Source of the DNA: Nageia nagi
Lineage: Eukaryota; Plantae; Pinophyta
Length of the DNA stretch: 64,000 bases
Direction: 5' to 3'
Assembly: GCA_050084985.1 (NCBI GenBank)
Contig: JBITNC010000001.1
Span: 113,274,001 to 113,338,000, forward strand
In this document: one piece after another, positions 40,701-53,342 of the stretch
Numbering within the stretch: the stretch's first letter is position 1
Layout of the letters: every line of letters starts with the position of its first letter
Made by a program: the position numbers and the translations under genes
Notes under the pieces: model-generated
What the model was told of the DNA's origin: nothing
Database searches by the model: none
Seen by the model: the letters and a program-made list of their open reading frames with translations, nothing else

Positions 40701-43700
40701 TAATCCAATTAATCAAAAACCTAAAAAGATGCATCCTTCCAATGCATTGTTAGTTAAAAAATAAATAGAGAAGTATTTGAATGTTGGATTCATTAAACCA
40801 ATTGATTATTTAGAATGAATGGTTAACATTATTCTTGTTACAAAACCTACTGGAGAAATAAAGGTTTGTACTGATTTTTGTTATATCAATAATGCTTATC
40901 CAAAACATGATTTTCCATTACCTAATATTGATATGATTATGGATAATATTTCTAGTCATGATACTTTATATTTTATGAATGGATTTTTGGGATATAACCA
41001 AATACTAATCAATCAATTTGATCAATATAAGACTAGTTTTACTACTTTATAGGGAAATTTTTATTAGAAGGTTATGCCTTTTGGATTGAAAAATGCAATT
41101 GCTACTTACTAAAGGGCCATAGTGTCAATATTCCTTGAGCACATTCATAAATTAGTAGAGGTATATGTTGATGACATATTGGTAAAATCAAAGCAAGGAC
41201 AAGACCATTTAGAGCTCCTTGAAGAGGTATTTCAAATCCTAAAGAGGTATAAGCTTAGAATCAAACATCAAAAGTGTAATTTTGTTGTTACTTCAGGAAA
41301 ATTGCCTGGATCCATGGTATCAAAAAAGGGTATTAAGGTAGATCCTAAGAAGGTTAAAGCCATAGTAAGCATCTCCACTCCAAGGAACCTTAAGCAGCTA
41401 AGGAGTCTTCAAAGAAAGATAAATTTGGTAAGAAGACTCATTTCTCAACTTAGAGATAAATGTAGGCCATTAACTCATTTTTTGAAAAAATATGTCAAGT
41501 TTGTGTGGGATGAAAAATTTCAAAAAACATTTGAGGATATAAAGAAATACTTGTTAAATCCTCCAATATCAATACCCATGTATTTTATAAAATGTACAAA
41601 ACCAACATATCTTTACATATCAGCCACTTTGTATGCCTTGTGGGCAATGTTGTGTCAGAAAGATAATGATAATAAAGAAAGAGAAATATACTACCTTAGC
41701 AAAACTCTTATTGATTATGAAACTAGATACACACCTATGGAAAAGCTTTGATTTGGTATTATTTTTGCTACAAAAAAATTAAGACATTATCTTTTTTATT
41801 GCACTACATATGTTGTTAGCCCAATTAACCCACTGAAATATCTAATAGCAAAACAACATTTATTAAGAAGAGTAGCTAAATGGTGGATGTTATTGCAAGA
41901 ATTTGATATCAATGTGGTAAAGAAAAAATCCATGAAAGGATAGGAAATCATAGAATTGATAGCAAAATTCCCTTAGAATGATGGTACAATGGTACATGAA
42001 GAATTCCTAGATTATTATAATGAGGATTCATGCAACCAACGGTGTGAAGTACTAATAAAAGGTTGCTAACAGCTTGACATTGATGAAATGAAAATCTCAT
42101 ATGAGTTTGTGTGCTACATAGAAGATGAACCTATAGCTTGGACCCTATATTTTGATGGATCCAAATGTTATTACAGAGCAGGGGAAGGTATTGTTTTAGT
42201 ATCTCCTACAAATGAGGTAATTCCTTTGGCTTATAAACTTAGATTTGAGTGCACCAATAACATGATAGAATATGAAACTTTGATTTTGGGATTAAAAGCA
42301 TATATAGCTTTGAAAATAAAATATTTAGAGATTTATGTTGATTCATAGCTTGTGGTAAATCAAGTTAATGATACATACAATACAAAGCATGAAAAGCTAA
42401 AGCCATATAAGATAGTGGTTACTAAGTTGCTTGATGAGTTTCATAGGTACAATATTTGAAATATTTCAAGGAATAATAACAGGTATGTAGATGCAATGGC
42501 AAGTGCAACTTTATTGGCACTAATTGAGATAGAAGATGAAGAAACTATCCTTAAGATTTGAAAGCTTGGTACAACTTCTTACCTTGATCACATAGATGAA
42601 GTACATACAAGCCACTTAGAAATAGATAGTGATCCTTAATAATGGTATGATGATATTTACAATTATTTAAAATATCAAATAATTCCATCAAGTTTTGATA
42701 GAAATGAAAAAGTTAGATTAAAGAGGACAACTATTAAGTATGTGATTATTGGTGAAGTATTATATAGAAGGTCATTTGATGGTGCTTTATTGAGATATCT
42801 AACACAACATGAAGAAACAAAAGAATTAGAAAAGCACATGATGGGTTTTATGGAGGAAACTTCTATGCAAAAGCATTGTATACTAAGCTTTTACAAATTG
42901 GGTACTATTGGCCTACAATGGAGGAAGATTATAAGAATTATGTTAAAACCTATTTACATTGTCAAAGCCATGCAAATTTGGAGAAACAACCAACTCAAGA
43001 GCTGAATTCCATAGTTTCACCTTGGACATTTGCAACATGGGCCATAGATTTGATTGGGCTTATCAATCCACATTCAAGGGAAGGTCACAAATTCATTATT
43101 ACAACCACAAAATTTACCACAAAATGGGTTGAAGATATTCCAATGAAGCTAGTCACACAAGATAAGATCATTGCATTCTTGATAGAGAATATCATAACCA
43201 GATTTGGAGTACCACAAAGTTTGATCATAGATAATGGGCCAAAGTTTAGAGGTAAAAACATGAAATCCTTTTGTAAAAAATTTCACATTTCTCAAATATT
43301 TTCTTCATTTTATTACCCTTAAGGCAATGTTCAAGTAGAAGCATCAAATAAAACTATTAAGAGCATTTTGTCAAAAATATGGTATAGATACAAGGTAAAT
43401 TGGCATGAGGAGTTACCTTATGTAGTTTGGGCATGCAAAACTAGTATTAGAACAACCATTGGGGCAACACCATTTTCATTAGTCTATAGAGATGAAGCTA
43501 TAGTACCATTAGAGTTGGAGTTGTCATCCTTACAAATTTTATTACAAGGAGAAATATCAGATGAAGAAGCAAGGAAAGTTAGATTGCAATAGTTGGAAAC
43601 ACTTGATGAGAAGAGAATCAAGGCAATTGAACATCAAAAAACTTATCATGCAAAACTAAAAAGGGCATTTGGAAAGAAGATAAAATCAAAGGAATTCAAG

Positions 43701-43900
43701 GTGGGAGAATTGGTACTAAAAGAAAATATTAACAAGACAACTGCACATGATGAAGTCAAAGGAAAATTTGTATCAAATTAGCTAGGTCCATTTGTTGTAA
43801 TTAAAATAATAGGATCAAAAGCTTACAAATTATCATACATGGATGGAAAAGAATAATAAAAACTCTTTAATGAAATGCATCTTAAATGCTTCTTTGCATA
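37800..43900 (+). pseudogene. pol: Degenerate gag-pol polyprotein
   Basis: RT KHDFPLPNID...VEVYVDDILVKS (40819-41751); aRH WTLYFDGSK...CTNNMIEYETLILGL (42088-42348); integrase YYWPTM...PWTFATWAIDLIG...ITRFGVP...DNG (42876-43322). Many stops. Confidence 0.95.
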
Positions 43901-44109
43901 AGATAATGGATTTGAACCTTGCAAATTAACAAATATTTTATGTAAGGTACATGTATTTTATTTTTCATTTTCATTTATGTAGTTTCTTTCATTGCTTCAC
44001 ACAACTGACAACATGCATTACTATTTGTACATTGCCAACTACATAAGAAAAAGACATAATAAAGAGGAAAGAAAAAGAAAATGACAGTATAATATCTATG
44101 AACCAAGGA

Positions 44110-44430
44110 CATGGTCACCGATGGTCATTGATATGGCTAGTGAGAGTTCACTCACTTAAAATATAAACCAATGATGTAGCCATGAAAAAGATGGCGATAT
44201 TGATTCATCCTCAATGGATGATACAACTTGCTATGTATCCATGCAATTTTTTATTTGAACCATATAAAGTATAATATCTTAAGATCATATACATAAAATA
44301 TATGATCATCGATAGCCATCGATACGGCTAGTGAGAGTTCACTCACTTAAAAGATAAACTAGCAATGCATTTGTAAGTAGATTGTTGATAGTGACTTATT
44401 ATCAATGGATGATGTAACTCACTATGTATC
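44110..44430 (+). repeat. ~192 bp duplication in the 3' UTR
   Basis: ggctagtgagagttcactcacttaaaa at ~44134 and ~44326 with matching downstream sequence. Confidence 0.8.
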
Positions 44431-47400
44431 TACAATGTTTTAATATAGAGTATATATAACACTTTTTTTCAGGTATCTACATTAAAATAAGGAAATAAAC
44501 TCATGCATAAACCATGTTGTTAACAATGTATAAACACTATTTTCATGCAGCCAAAAATATGAATGATAATGAATCAAAGGTGCAAATAAAAGCAATTTTT
44601 TTTTTGTATCAAGGAATGGATGTAAGAGAATCAGATTCTTAAGTATCAAAAATGATGAAACAACTAGATCCATGATTGAATATTGTAAGGGGAAAATATT
44701 CTCTTCTATTTCAAAGATTGGATGTGGGACCATAAGACTCCCTAGTAGTAGAGACAAAGGAATAAAGTTCCTTCCATGGAAAAAAGATATAGTTCTTTAA
44801 GTTTTATCTTGGACACACCACTTAAGGATCTTTCCTAGGGAAACCAAGTCAAAAGGGGGTAGCAAAGGACCCTCATCATGAAATGGAAGTGTTGGATAAC
44901 GAGTTCAAAGTTCTTAAAAATTTCTTCTATACTTTTTAATTGGATATGTAATTTCATTGCTTTAATCACACCTCCAAAGAGAGGAAACATTTAGATGCCT
45001 AAATATGAATTATTATTTATTAAATAATTTATTTAAAAATATCAAGAAATATTTATTGTAAAGAGGGTTAAAATATACCTCAAGGTAATGTAATCAATGT
45101 AATGGACAATGGTATAATGTAAAGGGTGTCAAATATCAATAAACAGACACACAAACAATTTAATGTGCAATAATCCCAAGAATCAAAGAGGATCAAGACG
45201 TTGCTATAAAAGAATATCAAAGAAAACAAAATCTATCATGTGAAAAATATTAGTAGATATGAGAGAGAGAAACCAATAACATGCAATATCATTCTATTTG
45301 ACCAAAAATAATATTTTGTAACACCACCTCTCCATAGATTTGTTAAACCCTTCATTTTGCTTGTTCATATCTTTGCTTCTATTTGTAGATCTACTTCTTC
45401 CACATAGCTAATGACATGCTTCTAGGTAGTTGGTACTATGCATTTCCTATGGTGTATTATGGTGATGAATTTATGATCTTTATTACTTCATGTTGATGCA
45501 AATGCGATGAAGGTACATTGATTATCATATTCATTTGATGCCATATTTCTGATATATGCTTCAATATTATATTATATATGATTAGTGCTTTGTTTATCAC
45601 TTGTGCATTATTTTTGGTCTACATGTTCAACATGTGATATGAAATAATTTAAATACACTATATGATCCAAAAACTCAAAATGACTAAAACATTCCATGTG
45701 CTTGCCTAAGTTGGCAAAAAACATGGTAGTAATAGATAGCCAAACAAAAAAAAAAAAAGTGTTTCCTAAGTGGTTCATCAGATCAAAGTTTAAGGGCATC
45801 CATATTGTAGCCATGAATTGCATTTTCTCTACCCATTGAAATCCATGAGACTATGTATGCATCATGCATCATCCACATTTTATATTCATGTATATAAGGT
45901 TTTATGTTTCATTTCATTTATTTTAAAAAATGATACTTAGGTGTGTGGATGTGTCTACTTGGTATTTGTAAATCAAAATGTTGTGGTAGTAGTATTGTAG
46001 AGCATATTTGAATAATTTGAGAAATAATACTTGATCATTATTGTGGCATTATTGATCATTTGAGCATAATTGTAGAGCATATTGGATCTTATTAACCTTC
46101 TTCAAAACATTATGTTTGCATCATGCAACTTATCAAATAATTACCAAACCTTGCATTATATATTTATATCTCACAATCATTGTATACAATGAAATTGTGT
46201 TTGCATCATTTATCTTGTCAAACTATTCTTAGGTCTTGCATCATGCATTTGCTTAAAATTCCATAATTTTCTATCATATGGTAGACTTGGATAATTTCAT
46301 ATCATATGTTTGAAGCATCCATGTTAATTGTGTGGTAACATAATGATTATATATGTATTGAGAGCTTCTAATGCATGATGTTTTGAATAGGTTATCTTGG
46401 AAGAAATATATCTTATTGTATAGGTAAGAAAACATAACTTTTAAATTTCTAGGTTGAATAGTTACAAAGTACTACACATAAATAATAATACATACATACA
46501 TACATATATATATATTATATATGATTGGTCAATTCTATAGGGCCATCCTTCAAGATTCCAAGGCCAACATCATAAATGGGCTAACTATGATCGAGCTTGG
46601 GTGCATCGGGTAAATCGAGGATGACATTTAAGAATGATTTTAGGCTACAGATAACTATGCAATGATTTTTAACCATAGTCTATACCTATAAAGTGGTTGC
46701 TTAAACCAACACCTTAAAAACTGAGGTAGGTTCAGGGGTAGTTATAGCTGCCTACATTGGTTAATATAGAGATGGTTTATACTCATTGCTATATGATAGT
46801 AGAAGGAATTTTTGGGTAATATATATTGGTGGTTTTTAGTTTCCATCATAGAGAAGGGACTTTTGGAGGTGGGGTCATAGGCAATGGGAAGATAACCACC
46901 AATAAATATGATATGTGATGATATATAACCACCTCTAAAAGCCCTTTCTAATCTAGTGAATCTTATGAAGCACAAATAGTAGCCAAAGTGAAATAGGTAC
47001 AATACCCTACAACAACATCAAATGATATTTGAAAGTTAAAAAATATGAGAAATAAATCTATATAGAGTGTCAAAAATTTCCTAGATGGAAATCCACACCC
47101 ATCTATGATGATATTGATAAAGTAACAAGAAATTTAATCAAATAAAAGTTATTGGTTTCACCATAAAAGGATACAAATCAATTTTTTTTTTAGCAAGAGT
47201 ACCAAAGGAGTACAAATTGAATGAGTTATATGAGTATCATCAACAATGAGGGTATTTAATAGTGTATTTTGTGGCATTACTCAATAAGATTTAGGACCTA
47301 ATTGATCAAAAGAAGTTAGCTTTCCCAGAACTAAAATTTGATGATCAATCAAAGTAATTGAGAGGTTATCAACATGAGAAGAACAAGACTATGGGCATCT

Positions 47401-48499
47401 TCAACAATCCATTTTCAAATTTCATCAAAGCCAAGTCATCAAATACAAATATTAAATTTATGAGTAATCTTCCTCTACCATGACATAAAGGTACACATTG
47501 TTGTTCTTGCTCTTGTCATTCATAGTTTTTTGACATGTACATAGTAGTATAGATGTTTTTGTTTTAGTTTTGTGGTAAAATTCTCCTTAGATCCCTGCAT
47601 TCCCACTAGGATGCAATCCACCTATCCTTCATCTCCAATACAATGAGGGCATCTGTTAAACATTAGAAGTCACATCCCCATATCCCTTTGTATCTTTGCA
47701 TGATGTTGGTCTTCTTACCAAATCTTAGGAAGCCAATATTACATTGTTTTAATGCATATCCTTGTAGAGGTCATAACCTATGCCTTATTAGGATTTATCA
47801 TTATTTTCTAAGAAAAACTTGTCCATTTGTCACCATTTTTTAAGAAAAACTTATGCCAAAACTTTCCTGGAGGATCAATCTAGTGCTGAAGAGGATACTC
47901 CTACCTCTGGTTCTTATTTGTTATACTAGAATCTATGTTGGGTTTCTTACCATATTTTTCATATAGTCCAAATTTTCTTATCTATTACAATCATTCTTAC
48001 CAGCTTGAATATGGTTTCACTTTAAGATTCACCTTTAAATTTATTTTGGAACCTTAGGTTCATTTTAGATTTCATATTCCCTTAATCATAATTATGATTA
48101 CATATCACTTTTTTAGTACCTAAATAATAAATTTCCATGCCATCATGTTACCTTGATCTGATAAGTCACAACTAGATCTCTTAATCCCTTACCAATGCTA
48201 GTGCCCATGTTGGTTTCAATTCACTTTTCTCATATATATGTAGTACCTTCAAAGCAATGTACAAGCCACCATGTTCATTATTTAACCATTACATAACTTA
48301 ATTACAAGTTAAACATTCATGTGTCTCACACTTAGCCAATTCAAAGCAAATATAAAGTCTTAAATAATCATAACATAAACATTCCATAGTACTATCATAT
48401 ATATATATATATATTTCAATTATATTAATAAAAAATAGGGTAATACATTATCTTTGCTAAAATATACATCCAAGCAGCCACACCTAAGTCAATTCCCTA

Positions 48500-51110
48500 T
48501 TCTAACATAGCTACCAGTACCATGGTGACTACTACCACTCCAAAAGCTTTTGGACTTTGAGGTCCTCCTACTCAAACTTGGCCTCTTTGGCCTAGTTGGT
48601 TCCTCCAAATCTATAAGTTAAGCTTGTAGGTGTCCATTATTGCCCAATACATCTTTTATATTCTTGTTTTATTGAAGCAAACAATCCATTATTCATAGGA
48701 AGTTGTGATCCCATAAATTTTGGTGCAACTTATATAGGGTCTTCATGCTCTACTCAAGAGCCTCTAGTCTCACCTTAAACACCTCTATCTCTTGATATTT
48801 TGTAGTAGTCTCATCCTTCAATATTATTAGGGATTCCTTAACTTATTTCCTTACTAATTTCTTTGAGTCTATGTCCAAGTTTGTTTGATCTACAAAAAAA
48901 TAAAACAAAGCATGCATATTAGTCATATTATTATTTCATAAAAACTAACTTGTAGGTATATAAAGAAATATACTTACTAAGCTCATTCTACGATGGGAAT
49001 CTCAATGGAAATATCCCATCCTCCATGTTCACCATATTATGATGGCTCCTTCACCCATACATCCTTCTCTTCTTCATCATCCCCATCATTTTCCTCTTCC
49101 TCTTATTCCTTTTCCTCTCCCTTAGGAACCTCTGGTAACCACTCTAATCCATACAATCTAAGTGGATCAAGTCTCACTCCATCCCACCATGTAAAATAGG
49201 CTTGATCAAAATATGGCCTATCAAGATATTCATCTCCCTTACTATTTGAATCACTACCCAACCCATGGTCTTGGGGAGGTTACCATTCCTCCACCCATTT
49301 AAGAGTAGTCTCATATAAATTAGGGTCATGTACCCTATACCTACCTATCCTAACTAGAAACTTGCATTCTTGTGGAATGACCTATCTTTGACCAAATTAC
49401 CTCATGATAATCTCAATTTTATATGGATCCACAAATGAATTATGCATCTACAAGTATCTTGGTGTGCACTACGAGTCTAGCTCACCACCTATCTTATTTT
49501 TCCAATAAGGTATAGCTAGATAGCGTCTATAGTTCACATCTCCTAGAAAATAAAAGTCATGAGTTAGTCTTTTCCATTAACTAATAATCATGAGTTAGTC
49601 TTTTCCATTAACTAATAAGCCAACAAACTAAACCATATATGGTAAATTACTTACCATCCATCAAACCATCCATGAATTTCTTATACGTATCCACAGTCTT
49701 GTGTACCCATGTAATCTTTCCATGCTTCATCCATTGATACCACATCGGATGATCAAGAGCTATGCCATGTATAAGAAGCTCTCTAGGATGAACCATGTAA
49801 ATATACTTATACATCCAAAATTGAAGAATAAATAAATGTGCCACTCTCTTCCCACTCTTCTATACCATGAAAAAGTTATGTAAATCATGGTAAATCTAGG
49901 GAATGATATAAGGTGCCCATGTATATCGATGACCCTATGTCATCTCATAGACAACTTGTATCAGTCCAAGTGAAAATACCTCATGATTCTTATCTAGGTA
50001 TGCAATGATATCAATACATGTTTCCATAACAAATCAAACACATGTGAACCTCTTCATCTTGCTCCTAAAAAAATGAAGGAAGGCACCCTTTGTCACCTCA
50101 TGATACTCTAAAAAACCTTTAATCCAATTGGCTAATCATTTGCATTGTTCTTAATCATTTCCTCCTCAAAGAATATATATTTTCCCTTCATAGGAACCCA
50201 TATAATCTTATGAATATCCTCATACACTATAGTAATCTCCCCAGTAGGAAGATGAAATGTGTTGGTCCTCTCAGACCGTCTCTCCATCAAGGTTGTCAGT
50301 AGCTCCTTGTCCAATTGAACATATGGAGCATGGAGGAGCCATCCCTTACCAACAAATTGTAACACACCTATATACTCCTCTATGAGATTATCCTTCATCA
50401 CCAAGTACTTCTTCCAACTCTAATACAGACTCAAGATCCATGAGGAATTGATAATACTGCAAGCACAAATCAATAAGGTACACATTAGTTTTTGATATAA
50501 TTTCAATATACTCATAGTACAAAAATTTTGTTTAATTATTTCTAGCACATATAACTAAATACCACACCTAGATAAACATTTTTCCATCCTAAAATTAACT
50601 CTACTGCATCAACACCCATGCTAATGTTAGCACCCATGTTAATGTTAGTGCTCGCATTGGGCTTTCCACGATCACTTTTCTCAAAAATTAGAGGCAAACT
50701 CCCTTTATTCTCAAGATTCAACAAAATATTGATTTAACATCCAAATAACACTTCTAAATATAAAAATGAATAGGCCCTATGTCACTAAAACCATGCCTTC
50801 AAAACCCATGATTTTACATTTGTCACTTATTCATAGGAAAAATTCACAAAATTAAAACACTAGGTTGATTTTAGACACTTACCACATGAGTCAAAACATT
50901 GTTGTATCACAAGAGGTAGGCCCTATGGTTCTCTTGCTTTGTAATCTTCATCTTGGAGTGCAAAATTGAGTCAAAGATTTAGAAAACACCATGAAAATAG
51001 ACCAAATTATTTTAATTCACAAACCAAATCGCTTACCTAGTAATGATGATCACCCATAATGCTCCAAATCATCTCAACAACCTTACCCAACTCTTCTTTG
51101 ACTAGAGCTC
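48500..51110 (-). pseudogene. Multi-exon plant mobile domain (PMD) pseudogene, antisense within the LTR element
   Basis: ORF 50132-50404 LLTTLMERRSERTNTFHLPTGEITIVYEDI (PMD signature); RYTWAPYI...IYHDLHNF; LQFWMYKYI; IMR.FGQ..VIP. GT-AG introns at 48890-48977, 49543-49654 and 50457-50882, a further donor at 51036 and a candidate ATG at 50951. Confidence 0.85.
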
Positions 51111-51170
51111 AATCTCCAAATAGTGAAAGTAACAACTAAGTTCCTATCTAGCCTATTTAAAACCAAATTA
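51100..51170 (-). promoter_or_regulatory. Candidate antisense core promoter of the PMD gene
   Basis: Minus-strand tttaaatagg TATA-like box; 13-mer GACTAGAGCTCAA at the same 51 bp offset as in the 10779-10850 copy. Confidence 0.5.
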
Positions 51171-53342
51171 TGATACATTTATTGAGATAGATGTTAATTG
51201 ATAGTTGTATTCTATCTCTTGTATCTTCATAATATGATTTTCTTACTCCTTATACCATTCGAGTCAAGTTTCATTTGTATGTGTGCTCACATTAATGACA
51301 ACGTTATCATTCCTTGGAATTCATAACCTCAGTCCACACATCACAAGTCCTACAGCTACATGTGGTATAAAAGTTAATATAGGACTAACATATCTTGGAT
51401 AATCAAGTTTTTATAGACACAAAAAAATATCTAATCGAAGAATGATGTCTTCGAATTACATTTGTTATTGGGAAAAACCTATTTGTCACAAACTCAAGCA
51501 CTCTAATTGAAATTATTAGGTATGAAATTATGTTTTTTAGAAACATATATCATGCTACTTATTATAGCTCCAACAGTAGAAATATCTAGTGGAAAATCAC
51601 TAGTACACACACTGAAGCTAGTATAGATGTTGGGTAACAAAGGTATGAATCATGCCGAATCACATCATATTAGCATAATGGGTAAGTAATAGGGAGTATT
51701 TCTATCCTTATCTAAATTTTTCATTTAATCATTCACATGATTGGGAAATATTAAAATCAATTATCATTGAGTCATCTTTGTTGGTTGGGTCTTAACTAAC
51801 CATCACCCTTAAATCACATCTAAGAATGGGGCATGTACCTCATGATAATGATTGCAATTCATGTCCATATCTAAGCATGGGGCATGCACCTCATGATGAT
51901 GAATGATATACCACAAAATATGGTTGGGAAATATTCAAACCATCCATATCATTGAATCACCTTTATCGATTGGGTCTCAACTAACCATCACCATATTGCT
52001 CTTCTTGGTTCATATATTGCATCTAGGAATAGGGAATGTACTTCATGATGATGCTAAAATATATCATTCTGATTGCATGTCTTCTATATAAGAATATGGC
52101 ATTCACCCCATGATTATGTGGACACACCTTTTTGATGTATGCATATAATAATGAAGCAATGATTATTTTTATGTTTAGTTTTCTCAACATGATGTACACA
52201 TATTATATTAATTTCATCTTTTCTTTATTATTGCTATATAATTTGATAAAATAATATGATATTCTCTCTTAATATCATTTCTATATCTTTTATGAGTTAA
52301 CAATCATAAATATGCTTGAAAGTGTTTGCCTCTCATTTTTAGGTTTCATTCTTTGCTCTTGGTTGATTCTACTACATGCAAGCTATTATATCTCACAACC
52401 AAGGAAAAGAGGGGGTAATATACATCATTAAATCCTTGATGATTTAGACAACTAAATTGGGGAAGTGTCAAATTTTTCTTCTCTTTGCCTTTACTTCCTT
52501 TGCAATTATAATGCCATTTCAAGATTCAATTTCATTATGCTTATAAAGGGGGGCATCTGTTAACACCTAAAAGTTGTCCCTTTAATACAATACCACTTAC
52601 GTGCAATTTTACACATACAATTAATCATATTTTAGTTATATTTTACTTTATTATCACATATTTCTTAGGTTGTTTTCTTATGTTTTATATTGGGTACAAT
52701 AGGAAGGCTTAAACCAATATTTAGGGGGCCAAATGGTGAATCACATTTGATATAAATGTAAGTATATCTAACTTATGGAAGACATGTCAATATTACATCT
52801 TAATAATTGGTACCCTACTTTTGAGCATTTCTAAACACCAACTATTGAGATTGAAATCTTGTTATCACTCAAGTGAATATCTATTATCCACTTTCATGAT
52901 CATATGCTCAATTTGACTTGTCATCATATCTGTTATTATCTATCCTTGTTGGTGAACCTCATTCCTTAGGAATATTCACAATCACACTGATCTCTCAGAT
53001 ATTTGTTCCTATGCTATTGTTCCTTCTATAGTTGGCCTTGGGGTTCGCACAACAAGGTTATCACTCTTTGTTAAGTTCATCCATCATACCCTCAACATCG
53101 ATACAAGTAAGGACACACATGTATTTATATTTCACTTGATTCTTTTTTCTTTAGTGTGTGTAGTTGCATTTTACATCTTGACATCAATGTAATTTTATTA
53201 TAATATTGTTGCACTATTGAATTTCCTTATTCATGTATGTTTATTTGAGTTAATTAGCTTTGGTAAATCATACAATAAATGTTTATGTAGTTTTAGTTTA
53301 TTTAGAGTAAAACCCTAGGTGATACCAAAACACATATCAACA

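Larger units (their letters stand above)
37046..45623 (+). mobile_element. Full-length degenerate Ogre/Retand-like (Tat) Ty3/gypsy element
   Basis: LTRs 37046-37678 and 44990-45623 (TGTAG...CTACA); TSD tattc/tgttc; PBS tggtgaacttga ~37682; PPT aaagagagg ~44976; domain order gag-PR-RT-RH-aRH-INT. Confidence 0.93.
29800..46958. mobile_element. Non-autonomous CACTA (En/Spm) transposon carrying PPR fragments (Pack-CACTA)
   Basis: Left end CATTAGACTAAAAATGGGCTTT; reverse complement of right end CACTAGATTAGAAA-GGGCTTT. 3-bp TSD AAT (29797-29799, 46959-46961). Subterminal gg(c/t)ggtt/aaccacc repeats at both ends. No transposase seen. Confidence 0.85.
27045..53342 (+). mobile_element. Pol-less Tat/Ogre-type LTR element (gag + antisense spliced PMD gene), about 9 kb once the CACTA insertion is removed
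   Basis: LTRs ~27045-27823 (first ~15 bp lost) and 52558-53342 align throughout and end cacatatcaaca. Lys-type PBS at 27827; PPT aaaggggggcatc before 52558. gag ~28050-29799 continues at 46962; no pol remnant recognised. Confidence 0.85.

Noticed and set aside
41122-41751. Intact reverse transcriptase CDS
   Set aside because: Only an open fragment between premature stops in a decayed pol.
48993-49199. Ser-rich plus-strand ORF
   Set aside because: Antisense shadow of the acidic tract of the PMD gene.
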